This document shows positions 51,221-64,000 of a DNA stretch of 64,000 bases, in pieces (within the stretch, counting starts at the first letter, position 1; each line of letters begins with the position of its first letter). The notes below the pieces were generated by a model. That model ran no database searches, was not told the DNA's origin, and saw only the letters and a program-made list of their open reading frames with translations. The stretch is from Octopus vulgaris (lineage: Eukaryota): the NCBI GenBank assembly GCA_951406725.2, contig OX597829.1:13206001-13270000 (forward strand), given 5' to 3'. The position numbers were made by a program, and so were the translations under genes.

Positions 51221-51876
51221 TTGGTGGACGCGTCTGAAAGGATTGGAGACAAACACTTTCCTCTCTGGTCAATCTCTCATCAACTTCTTCAAGTATAACC
51301 TGAAAAGGAAAGTGAGAGTAGAGAGGCAAGTTTCGTCTAGCGAATGTTTTAAAAAAAGATGAGTGAATGTAGCAAGGATGGCACGTATGAATGACCAAGC
51401 CACCTTGAGCATAATCCTATGAACCCAGAAACTGAAAACAGAGGGTTACCCACTTGCAAACAAATGTTGTAACATATAATAATATTGACCGAGGTTACCG
51501 TGGTCTTTTTCGTAGGCTTTTCTTCCCACGGATAAACCTAACTTGCTTTCCCCTTTACACCATACATCATAACACTGTGATACACGATCCCTATTGATCG
51601 TTTTTTTCCTCTTCCCATTTTTCCCCTGTTTTCTTCTTTTTTTCATTTCTTTTTTCTTTTGTTCCTTTTCCTTTTCTTCTTTTTTTCTTTTTTTTATTTA
51701 TTTTTATTTTTTGTTCTTTTTTTTCCCTTTTACGATCCCTTTTGATCGAAAACCTACGCCACCTTTTTTTTGTTTCTTTTATTTTTTGTTTTTTGTTTTT
51801 TTCATCCCCCAAAAGAAAAGCTCTACCTTGTAAATTGTCCCATCTGTGTGCAGCCCTGTGTTGCCAATAAAGAAAA
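51221..51876 (+). mobile_element. L1/Tx1-like LINE 3' fragment (ORF2 C-terminus, T-rich 3' UTR, AATAAA) between tetranucleotide repeats
   Basis: WWTRLKGLETNTFLSGQSLINFFKYNLKRKVRVERQ..FKKR*VNVARM..IIL*. Ends AATAAAGAAAA and is followed by (TATC/TGTC)n. Confidence 0.62.
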
Positions 51877-51923
51877 TTATCTATCTAACAGTCTGTCTGT
51901 CTGTCTGACTGCCTGTCTGACTG

Positions 51924-52004
<81 letters not shown>

Positions 52005-52241
52005 TCATCTATCACTCTCTTTCTCTCGCTCTCTCCATTTCTCCCTCTCTTTGTCTGTATGACTGCCTGTAGATCTCTCTCCCACATTCACCCTCTCTCT
52101 CTTATTTTATGCATTAATCCTCATTTTGTAACCATTGCGTCAATTTTTGTTTGCTTTTTTCATGAATCCTGTGGTAGATGGAAATTTAAACCTTTAGCGT
52201 TTTAAACGGCCTTCTGTATATATACATACATATATATACAT

Positions 52242-52312
<71 letters not shown>

Positions 52313-52334
52313 GACAAGTTTCTTACCGTTTCCT

Positions 52335-52575
52335 TGTGTGTGTGTGTGTGTGCGTATATGTTTATGGGGGTCTGTGTTTGTCTTCCCAACATTGCTTGAC
52401 AACCGATGCTGGTGTGTTTACGTCCCCGTCACTTGGCGGTTCGGCAAAAGTGATCGATAGAATAAGTACTAGACTTACAAAGAATAATTCCTGGGGTTGA
52501 TTTGCTCGACTAAAGGTGGTGCTCCAGCATGGCCACAGTCAAATGACTGAAACAAGTAAAAGAGTAAAAGAGTAA
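52335..52575 (+). mobile_element. SINE family A 3' half
   Basis: Close match to 37630-37840. Confidence 0.8.
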
Positions 52576-52722
52576 AATAATAAAAGTAAAAATAGTATAA
52601 AATAAGAAAGTACAAATACAATATATTGAGAATAATCACTATAGGGAGAAGATAAAAATAAACAGTAAAATTAAAGACATAGGCATACACATGAGTGTAT
52701 AAAAGAAATATATTTATCTTCA

Positions 52723-52995
52723 GGGCGCATGGCTTAGGGGTTAGGGTGTTGCCCTCACGACTTAGTGATCGTGATTTTAATTCCTTGACTGGTTGGTGCG
52801 TTATGTTCTTGAGTAAAACACTTCAGCTCACCTTGCTCTGCGATCACTTCCACCTGACGCGCGGTTCACAGTGCATCTATTCAGCAACGTCGATTTGATG
52901 GAGTGAGTGAGCTAATGTGCGGCACAAAAATTTGAGCACTATAAATAAATCATTTGTGCAGGTCGTTTGGCAAAAGCCTAAACGCTGATATATCG
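52723..52995 (+). mobile_element. Degraded tRNA-derived SINE
   Basis: GGCGCATGGCTTAGGGGTTAGG head and GTTCTTGAGTAAAACACTT block. Confidence 0.55.
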
Positions 52996-53061
52996 TATGT
53001 GTCTTATTAATACCATGCGTGTACCACGTCCTCACGCTATTCTTTTTTCTCCGCATTTTAA

Positions 53062-53125
<64 letters not shown>

Positions 53126-53334
53126 GTACATATATATATATATATATGCATATATATATATGTATATATATATGTATATATATACATATATATATGTATA
53201 TATATATATATTTATGCATATATATATATATATATATATATATGCATATATATATGTATATATATGTATATATATACATATATATATGTATATATATATA
53301 TATTTATGTATATATATATACATATATATATATA

Positions 53335-53389
<55 letters not shown>

Positions 53390-53799
53390 GTATATATCTA
53401 ATAGTATATATGCAAGCTTGTGTGTATATGAATATATGCGTGTGTGTATATATGTGTGTGTGTGTCCGTGCGTCAAGACTTGTGCACATTAACTTGTCAG
53501 CACGTGCATATGAGCAATCAAGCACGAACAAAAAGACTCGTCCACGCATAGTACATTCCCGAAGGCAACCGACATTCTTATGGACATCACACAGGCATCT
53601 GCACATCTACATAAACTGCTTCATGCACATACACTTCGTACACACATAGAGAAACAGGGGGAGAGAGGGGAAAGAAGGAAGGGGAGAAGGGAAATACATA
53701 CATAAATCCGAAATGAGTAATTACTTGAAGATTTTAAGACAGATTTTTTAACTAAGTATTGACAGTCGACATTTTTTTGACTACCACTAAGTGATTTCA

Positions 53800-53972
53800 A
53801 GAAAGGAGAGGAGGAAGAGGTGGTAGAGGGGAAGAGAAGATGAAGGAAGGGGAGGAAGAGGGGAAGTGGAGAAGAAGGAGGAGGAAGAAAAGAAGAAGAA
53901 GAAGAAGAAGAAGGAGAAGAAGGAGAAGAAGAAAGAGAAGAAAAAGAAGAAGGAGGAGGGGGAGGAGGAGAA

Positions 53973-54004
<32 letters not shown>

Positions 54005-54342
54005 TGGTGAAGATAATGATGATGATGATGATGATGAAGAAGAAGAAAAAGAAAAAAGGTGATGATGATGATGATGATGATGATGATGGTGAAGGAGGAG
54101 GAGGAAGAGAAGAAGAAGAAGAAGAAGAAGAAGAAGATGAAGATGAAGAAGAAGAAGAAGAAGAAGAAGAAGATGAAGAAGAAGAAGATGAAGAAGAAGA
54201 AGATGAAGAAGAAGAAGATGAAGAAGAAGAAGAAGATGAAGAAGAAGAAGATGAAGAAGAAGAAGAAGAAGAAGAAGAAGAAGAAGAAGAAGAAGAAGAA
54301 GAAGAAGAAGAAGAAGAAGAAGAAGAAGAAGAAGAAGAAGAA
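53800..54342. repeat. Compound polypurine / (GAT)n / (GAA)n tract
   Basis: Directly visible. Gives poly-E/K/S/L pseudo-ORFs. Confidence 0.95.
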
Positions 54343-55519
54343 TGAACCATCCTACGATCAACTGTGACGGCGTCTTGTTGGAAATTGTTTCCCGGTCATC
54401 ACCGCTCAAAACATGATTCATCGTACATTTTCAATATTTTGGGAACTAGTTGGTTAAAATATCTAACACATTCAAGTGACCACATAATAGGTCGCTCGTC
54501 ACTTCTATAGACTAATGACATTAATGTTACAGTTGTTATTTAACTTCAAGTAGACTCCAAATCGTGCATGTACTTGAGCAAAAACGTTTCATCCATGACT
54601 ATGACTATTTGGCCATTTTCCATCCTCAGCTAATTAGAAATCATGTTTCCCAATGAGCTCTTTCTTTAAAAGAAAAACACCATCAGGTAAGGAAGAGTCA
54701 GCTGTTATTTCTAACAGTGAGTGTGGGGTGATCACATTACAAAACCGAGTACAGGTTTTCATTTTTTTTATATATGTATACTGAGCGTGTTTCCTAAATC
54801 AAGGTTATTGATCCACATCTATTCTTGATGTATATATATATTCATGATATTGACTTGTCATTAATGTATGCAGCCAGACTCATTGGTTAACAAACTACAT
54901 GAATGTACATACTGTATTTCAAACATTAACATTTCACATTAATTATTAAATCAACACCCATTCTGTGAAACAGATGCAATAAAATTCAGACACGCATACA
55001 CGCATACACACACACTCACACACGTACATACATACATACATACATACATACATACATACATACATACATACATACATACATACATACATACATACATACA
55101 TACATACATACGTACACCTCAATTAAAACATCAATACGGTGCAAAAGTAACAGAGCTGATATTGTTCTGTGGGACGGAAAACAGAAGTCATTCGCCATTA
55201 TAGAGTTCAGGAAAAATTCATTTATGGCAAATTAATGTGAATCTTATATCCCTTTTATCTTGAATATGAATTCTCCTTCGTACCTATCATTGCAGGTGCA
55301 TTAGGTTATGTACCAGTAAATTTGCACAAAAACAATGAGCAAAAGAAACTTACGTGGAAGGTTTGTTAAGACATTCTTCATCTAAGATTTGTATGTGAAT
55401 AGATGCACACACATGGGTGTATTAACCAACAGTTCAACCAACACCCCAACTCAACTCAAGTGATGTCGTCTTGTCACCTAGTTAGATACCGGCTTGAACT
55501 CTCTCAAGGAAAATTTAAA

Positions 55520-55765
55520 TGTTTAATTGCAGCACAAGACCAAAGCCTCCCCACCAGAAATGACCCAAAACATGTAATGACAAGAAATATAACAAGTAAC
55601 TGCAGAATATGTGAAGATGGACAAAAAACAATAAATCACATTATCTCTGGTTGCCCAGTCCTGGCTAAGAAGGAATATATTCACAGACACGACAGAGTTG
55701 GAACCTACATACATTGGAAGCTATGCCAACATTATGGAATAACAACAAAAAAAAGATGGTATAGC
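55520..55765 (+). pseudogene. R4/Dong internal fragment (CCHC region)
   Basis: LIAAQDQSLPTRN..CRICEDGQKTINHIISGC..HRHD, highly similar to 36605-36848. Confidence 0.9.
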
Positions 55766-56079
55766 CCACATCCTACATAAGACACTATCAATTCAATAAT
55801 ACAACCTAAACAAAATAACCCCAAAACACAAGACACCCTCTAATACAGCAATTACCCAAGGAAATAAACTTTCACCGGGAAGCTAGATAACCAACACATT
55901 ACACACTCAACACACAATACAAGCAGTAATACAACAAAAGACTGCACCACAACTGAAAAGTAAAAAACACTGACGCAATACAATAACAACAGAAAAGAGC
56001 ACACAATACTGGACACACCCCAGCAATACTGATGTGTAGCACGTGATGCAGTATAAGTTTACCTGAATCTACCAAATGT

Positions 56080-56203
<124 letters not shown>

Positions 56204-56289
56204 CAACAGCAACAACAACTATGATGATGATGATGATTTCTTCAGGGAAAACAAAGGAAGAAATACAAAAAGGAGATGGAGAATTACGC

Positions 56290-56875
56290 AGGAAGGAACT
56301 ACTCAACCAATTCCATATAGCCACAACAGAAGTTGCTGAAAAACACAGGTGGGATTGGCTGGTGAAAGGAGCCCTACAAAAAGAGACCGTGAACACTATA
56401 CTGCCAGCACAATACCAAACTTTGGCCTCGAATTGGTGGGTGAACGTTAGGAATGAGCAAATGTCTCTGCTGTGCCGCATCTGCAATAGACTGGATGAAA
56501 CCATTGCCCAAGTCTAATAGATCGAATATAGTAGTCAGATTGCATAAAAAACAATGGCTTCGATGTATCAATCCCAAATGATGACAAAATATCTCTAAAA
56601 GAAACGGGATAACTCTCAAAAACAACGATCTAAAAATAGAAACAAATCCATCCTTATGATAACAGGTGCATCAGGTATGATAAAAAAAATACTTTCAGAA
56701 AAATACATAACCAAAGTACTTATAATGTATATAATATACAGAAAATTAAAGTCGTATACACCGCGAGAAGCACTTTCAATATAGTGAAAATAAGAGCAGC
56801 ACAACAAACCACAGCATGTACCCGAGGCAAACATAGCTGCGCTCTGTAGTGCAGTTAAAGCATGTCATAAAAGTA
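56290..56875 (+). pseudogene. Degraded R4-like fragments including the 3' UTR, between (AAT)n arrays
   Basis: WDWLVKGALQKET..CRICNRLDETIAQV. The 3' UTR CCC.AGGCA.ACA.AGCTGCGCTC.GTAGTG.AGT.AAAGCA matches 37248-37290. Confidence 0.75.
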
Positions 56876-56888
56876 AGTAAGTAGGTAA

Positions 56889-56952
<64 letters not shown>

Positions 56953-57199
56953 ACTGAAACGGTTTGACATTATGCGAAATGCTACGTGGTTGATGATGAG
57001 AAAAAGAACACAAAGGAAAGGAAGTAATTCTACATGTAGAGCAAGATGCAAATTTTAATCTCATTCCTCAGTCACTGTTCAAATATATGTATGACTATAT
57101 ACATACATAAAACTTTTGGTTATGCATATGTGTATGCGTGCGTATACGTGCATGTCTTTGTGTGTGCGTGTGTTTCCTACAACATGTTCACAATGTTTT

Positions 57200-57676
57200 A
57201 ATACATATTATCAGTGTGACAATTTTGCTTTTGTCTTTGACCAGTGTTATTTACTTCTATCTAGGAATCAAAGGAAATTACTACTATTCCCTTCAATCTT
57301 TGCTTTTGTCACCCGGACATCAATGTTTTCAAACTGACCTATTTTCCATTGCATTTCAGACAGATTCAACGCTGAATTGCTGAAGCAGAGATATCGTTAT
57401 AACAAATATTTTGCTCAATAACACAGATTTGCGTGTCATTTACTTGACCTTAACCATTTGAGCATGCCACTTTGTGGCTGGCAATATCTGCGTCTCTAAT
57501 CACGAGTAGCTAGTGGGGAAGTATCATAGCCATGTTTTAAGAGGGATTCTTTTGTGTACGTATAAATGTTAGAAAAGCAAACTTTGAAGGAAATATTAGC
57601 TATTTTTCATTCTTTCTAAATGTAAAGAAATAGGAAATAGCAGTCGCTACTCAAGGACAAAAATCGTGTTACACAG
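57200..57676 (-). mobile_element. MITE copy (44309 family)
   Basis: TTTCAGACAGATTCA..TTGCTGAAGCAGA.ATATCGTTATA..GGACAAAAATCGTGTTACACAG. Confidence 0.7.
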
Positions 57677-57943
57677 TTTTATATATTATAATGATGTAAT
57701 AATAAGAAACATACCGTTTGCAGCAATCCAGACATAGCACTTTGTTAGGTACGTAAGTGTTCGACAGTTACCTTGCTGACATGATGTTGTTACATTCGTT
57801 GTATGAGTATATAATTCTAATAGACTGGTGAACAATTCTTTTCAAATTCGCTGTGATAATTACAAGCAAATATTTTTAGTATACACACATACTAAGTACA
57901 TACTCTACCACACTCAAGCATATGTTAAAATATATATACATAC

Positions 57944-58002
<59 letters not shown>

Positions 58003-58265
58003 AAGAGAGAGAAGTATTTCAGATTTATGTGTACAGATACGGACAAATACATGCACATGTACTTGCATATAAAACCACGTATACACAGACACACGCACTC
58101 ACATGCACACATGCGCACAGATACATATATAGATATGCATGTATACATATACTGTTACTTATGTGTATAAATAGTTTTATATACAGAGAAAAAGTTCTAC
58201 AAATATATATATATATGTATATATGTGTGTGAATGAATAAATAAATAAATAAAATAAAATATATA

Positions 58266-58301
<36 letters not shown>

Positions 58302-58841
58302 TGTATACACGAGTAAATATGCATATAAATATGAGATTTCTGTACATATTTACACATGCAAAGTTATATAGGTATAGTGTCCACACTGTGTACATGGAAT
58401 CGTAATCAAATATACTCATAGTTCATCACATAAACATATTTAAATACACCACCTACTCAACCCACACATGCCCAACACTCACACACACACTCATTTCTTC
58501 TCTCATTCTCTCTCATTCTCTTTCTGTCTATCTGTCTGTCTGTCTCTCTTTCCCTTTCCCTGTCTTATTTTCTTTCGTATTATTTGTATTATTTGTCTAA
58601 CTTCTCGTAGATGTACCAGCCCATGCGTGTATGAATGCGATCACACATCTACGCACACGTATAAAGTAGATTTATAAACAATACATTTGACGTACAAATA
58701 TACACATATACACACACAGTTACACACACAGACACACACACACACTCACACATAGACGGAGAGAGGAAGGATTCAAATATATTTATGTGCATGTCGAAGA
58801 ATATATGTATATGTGTATATATATATGTGTGTGTGTGTGTG

Positions 58842-58888
<47 letters not shown>

Positions 58889-58939
58889 ATGTATATGTAA
58901 ATGTGTATATATATGCATATATATGGATATGTACGTAAA

Positions 58940-59014
<75 letters not shown>

Positions 59015-59444
59015 AATGTATGTATGTATACCTGTATTATGTTCGGACATGCATGTATATGGAGATACTCATAGGTCTATATATGTGTGTGTGTCTCAGT
59101 GTGTGTGCACGCATGTGTGTGCCTGTGTGTCTGTCGTATGTATGTGTGTATAGGTATATGTGTGTTTTTTGTTTGTTTGTTTGTGTGTGTGTGTGTGTGT
59201 GTGTGTAATCCGAGAAAGACAAAATAGTTATAATTCTGAACGATAAGTCTTGTTTATAGAAGCGATTTTATCTCATAATTTGTGCACGATATGTTAGTTA
59301 TCTATCAACACCCTGGTCGCTTCGACAATGCCTGCTATCATTACATGAATATACACGTGCATGCGTATTACATGCACATTAGTGTGTATACATATATATA
59401 TATATGTATTCATGCAAAATACACACACCTATATATTATATATA

Positions 59445-59510
<66 letters not shown>

Positions 59511-60414
59511 CTGCTCGCTTAGCCAGCGGGGTGGCGTCATTCGAAGGCTAAAACAATGCGAACGCATTGTGACCAGCGATGTGTAACAACATCTGATGGT
59601 CTGGTCGGTCATGTGATATATATATATATATATATCACATGACATTTTATCGTTTCTCTATTTCGTTGTGTTTCCGAAATATTATTACTATTGTTGTTAT
59701 TATTATTATTTATTTATAGTTTTTTGATAGTATTTTTTACGTTCGATTTTGGATATGTTATCCTTTAATTGATATAAAAGATTTTAACGTTTTACATATT
59801 ATTTAATTTGAGAATTAATATTGTTAGACTATATGTCTTTTAATAATTAGATAATATTTTCATTAAATAGTATTATTTTTAAATAAACAAGTTTTTATTT
59901 TACTACATAATTTATGTTTAACTTTTTTATCGTGTGATATATTAAATCTATGGATATTATACATGGATATTAATATAACTAATTTATATAATGGATTTGA
60001 GTATATTTGTACTATTTCAAATTTTTTATTGTATTATTCATGATTGGAATCGTATTTAGTATATTAATTAGACGCTAAAACATATTAATACATTTAAAAT
60101 CCAGATAGATTAACTTACTCGTTGAACTTAGTAATTTAGTTTGTTTATGAATATTGGTTAGATCTTGTTATTATTTTGATTTTGATCGTTGTTATTATTG
60201 TTATTGTTATTCACTGGTTTTGTATAGGACTGGTGATTGTGATTGTACATCTTCATAGTGTATTGTTCTTTGGTTCTAATATTTTTGCACCTTTCTTTAA
60301 TTTTGATGTTGATAGGTTTTCTTACTTTCCATTAACATATTATTCTCGCTATTATATCTTTTTATGTATATTGATAGATATAAGTTACGATATATATTAA
60401 TTCTTACATCTCTT

Positions 60415-60491
<77 letters not shown>

Positions 60492-60499
60492 TATAAACA

Positions 60500-60866
60500 T
60501 ATATAAAGGGATGGATCTAACGCATTACATTTAATTTAATTTAAGAATTAATTTCGTCAGACAATATATTATTTAATTATTAGGTGGCTTATTTATTTGT
60601 AATATTAAATTTTAAGTTAATGACTTTTTATATTATATTATTTGATATTTAGTCAACTTTGTTATAGATTGTTATATTAAATCTATAGATACTACACATT
60701 TATATTTATTATATGGTTAGCTTATTTAAGGAGTTTGTCTATATTTGAACCATTTCTTATTTTGTTTACAATTTAATGACTTGTACTAGCTTTGTGTATT
60801 TTATTTAATTTTAAAGTATTTATAACTTAAGTATTGTTTTAGTTTTCACTTATGTATATTTAGTAT

Positions 60867-60916
<50 letters not shown>

Positions 60917-61341
60917 GTATATTTATTAATTAATTATTTTATTGTTCTAGTGTATTTTTAACCTGATGAGTGACTATATTTATATCGAAGTGATTTCTCT
61001 ACTACTATAATCATTTCTTAAATATAGCCACGAAACACATGTTGTTATTCTACAAATTATATACGTTATTATTATTTTTTTTTTGCAATTTACTTAATCA
61101 TTGACATTTTATTGTTATTTTAATTTTAATATTTCTATTATATGTAATTTTCTAGGTGGTGGAATTTAATTGTTCATTTTGAATTGGTAAAAGGTGTTTT
61201 TTTTCTACTTTCTTATATATATATTATATTGTGCAAAATTTGATTTAGTATTTCTGAATTGAATTTTTTTCCTTGTAAGTTTGGATTTTATTCCCTCAAA
61301 TAATAATTATATATATATACCTATATATATACATATATATA

Positions 61342-61404
<63 letters not shown>

Positions 61405-61456
61405 AACTCCTTAAATAAGCTAACCATATAATAAATATAAATGTGTAGTATCTATA
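60500..61456 (+). mobile_element. Very AT-rich Penelope pLTR-like unit with inverted segment (60684-60745 / 61396-61456)
   Basis: Perfect ~60-bp inverted repeat, an internal hammerhead and (TA)n tracts. Confidence 0.6.
60959..61047 (+). ncRNA. Type I hammerhead ribozyme, canonical core, extended stem II
   Basis: taac CTGATGA GTGACTATATTTA..GAAGTGATT..AATCATTTC..TAAATATAGCCAC GAAAC-ACAT-GTT gtta. Predicted cleavage after 61043. Confidence 0.8.
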
Positions 61457-61493
61457 TACAGGTTTTGTTGAATTTCTGCTGCTTTTAAATAAA

Positions 61494-61540
<47 letters not shown>

Positions 61541-61736
61541 TAATAAAATACAAAATGGGATAAGAACGCAAAACATCCGGACAACTAGATGATACAAAAA
61601 GGGACAACAAAACATCCAGGTAGACGATACAGAAAGTCAAGAACCGGATCATCTTCGTAATTTCGGCTAATTAATCTTGAGATTGCTCCAATCTGGCCAG
61701 CCCCAAGAAAAATCTAAGATAAGAGCATTAGATTCC

Positions 61737-62168
<432 letters not shown>

Positions 62169-62169
62169 T

Positions 62170-62460
62170 GCCTTTGCACAGCTTCTAACGCTAGAGATGA
62201 ACTTCGGCGTCAACTGTTCACTACCAATGTACTAAGGTAACACACCTTATTTTTCGAGCACCTTCCGGAGTATTCGAGCGGTTCCAAGCAGTGCTGTTTT
62301 CCGCAAATGCTCCACCCTTATTGCAGCCCCAATCTTTTCTATATACTTTTCAAGATTTTTACTCACTACTGCTACCTTTTTCATCGATCACCACTGCTTA
62401 ACTTCCCAGACTAGCTTGTCATATCTCTCGACTTTTCTTTCTTCCTAATCACATTGTTGT
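62170..62460 (-). pseudogene. 3' end of a second R4-like family
   Basis: Minus: IGAAIRVEHLRKTALLGTARILRKVLEK*, followed by a short UTR and a (GAT)n tail. Confidence 0.75.
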
Positions 62461-62529
62461 CAGATGATATATCTATGGTCCAACATAGTTTGCTTTCTTT
62501 CTCAAGACTATGTCCGGCTTCCTATTCTC

Positions 62530-63095
62530 TATCTCATCTTGTCTTGCCTTGAGACAGCTTTCACCCGGGGTTGGTTGAAGTGGCTTCATTCATCCTCAAT
62601 GCTGCATCTTTCACAAACGCCGACCAGGCCTGGCGATTTGAGGCTAACGACCGCATGATCTCCGACCACTCCTTATTCCAGCGGCGAATGCCGTAGATAT
62701 GGAGGCCTAGATTGGGTTCCAGATCAGCCTTGACTGTCGTCAGCCAGGTTTTTCGTTGTCTACCACATCGTTTTCACCAACCCTGAAGGGGAGCTGGAGC
62801 AATTGCTTCGTAGATGAATTCTCCTGGTTGACGACGGAGGGCATGACCCAGCCAACGCAGACGTCTCGTTAGGATGACTTGTCGGAGGGAGGTGATTCTG
62901 CACTGGTGTCGCACCGAATTGTTGGAGACAAAGTGATGCCATTGGACACGAAGGATGCGGCGTAGACAGAGGTAATCGAAGGATTCTAGTCGCTTAATAT
63001 CTTCCATCCTCATGGGCCATGACTCGCTGCCGTAAAGGAGAATCGTTCGCACTAGTGCTTGGTAGATCCGTACTTTGATGGTGCGTCGGATAGTC
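62530..63095 (-). pseudogene. RTE-clade LINE 3' fragment
   Basis: KVRIYQALVRTILLYGSESW..CLRRILRVQW..VSN..RRLRWLGHALRR..GRQRKTWL. Confidence 0.88.
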
Positions 63096-63113
63096 GGTAT
63101 ATATATGTGTGTC

Positions 63114-63155
<42 letters not shown>

Positions 63156-63289
63156 TTTGGTTTTTTTATTTTTTTCTCTCTTCCTACCATTAATTAAAAA
63201 TATAACAAGCTGAATTGCTTTTCAAGGCAGTGCTGGTACTAGTAATCAGGTTTGACCTCTCCTGACCTAAATACGAACATCTCACTGAC

Positions 63290-63950
63290 CCGTCGGATGA
63301 ACGATGTCACTGACCCGAAATGCAGATTGTGTCATGAGCAGGATAAAACAGTGAACCACAACTTAACTGGATGCACAGAGCTTGCAAACACCGAATATAT
63401 TTACAGACACGATAGAGTAGCGCAATATATCCATTGGAAGTTATGTAAACACTACCAGCTTCCAACGTCAGAAAGATGGTACCAGCATAAACCTGAAACT
63501 ATGACCGGAAAAGATGATGTAACAGTACTCTGGGGCATGCCAATCGACACCGATAAAGAAATCAAGGGAAACTGCCGGACATAATCATCAAAGATTGGAA
63601 GAATAAGGATGTGACAGTACCATCAGAGAGAAATGTGTCCATTGACGAAGTTGAGAAGTTATTTAAGTACAAAGACCTAGAAATAGAAGTGACCAAGATA
63701 TGGGGAATGAAAAGCAGCACAGCACCAGTGGTGATTGGAGCGTTAGGGCTAATTAAAAAGGGCCTTGGTAAGTAGCTCAACAAACTCCCTTGCAGTGTTA
63801 ACGTGGGAGAACTTCAGAAAATAGCGTTGCTAGGTTCTGCACACATTTTACGCCGTGTAATCTCCATGAGATGAGGACCTACTGTGACCCTAGGGTCAAA
63901 AGATGACCCCGGTTCAGCAGAAGACAACGGAACATATTTTATTTTAAAAT
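63290..63950 (+). pseudogene. 3' part of a third R4-like family (CCHC, RLE) with (AAT)/(AAC)n tail
   Basis: KCRLCHEQDKTVNHNLTGC..YRHDRVA..PDIII..KYKDLEIEV..PVVIGALG..QKIALLGSAHILRR. Confidence 0.88.
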
Positions 63951-64000
63951 AATAATAACAACAACAACAACAACAACAAAAACAACAAAAACAACAACAA

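Noticed and set aside
53621-54421. Long poly-E/K/S/L ORFs
   Set aside because: All frames of a (GAA)/(GAT) tract are open, with no complex coding sequence or clear exon structure.

Overview
AT-rich, microsatellite-saturated animal genomic DNA. The SINE/LINE repertoire looks cephalopod (octopus-like), which is my inference. I found no convincing host protein-coding exon, and most of the supplied ORFs are translations of (TA)n/(CA)n/(AAT)n/(GAA)n tracts. The window is a nest of mobile DNA: (1) a near full-length, disrupted R4/Dong-type RLE retrotransposon (33286-37312) in an (AAT)n array, plus several R4 fragments; (2) two Penelope-like (GIY-YIG) elements; (3) mariner derivatives, a non-autonomous Helitron and MITEs; (4) CRE, RTE and L1/Tx1 LINE fragments, and two diverged gag-like ORF1-only elements lying tail-to-tail; (5) many tRNA-derived SINEs. 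The most striking signal is invisible in the ORF track. Reading both strands by eye gives about 20 intact, variant or half type-I hammerhead ribozyme motifs from roughly a dozen different repeat families. Most sit in short Penelope pseudo-LTR-like units next to (TA)n, often with fold-back inverted repeats. Many have palindromic stem III (dimer-type), and several carry family-specific non-canonical cores (U3-A8 covariation, A6->Y, CUGAUGC, and a 2-nt insertion before A15.1). All folds were assigned manually, and coordinates of degraded repeats are approximate.
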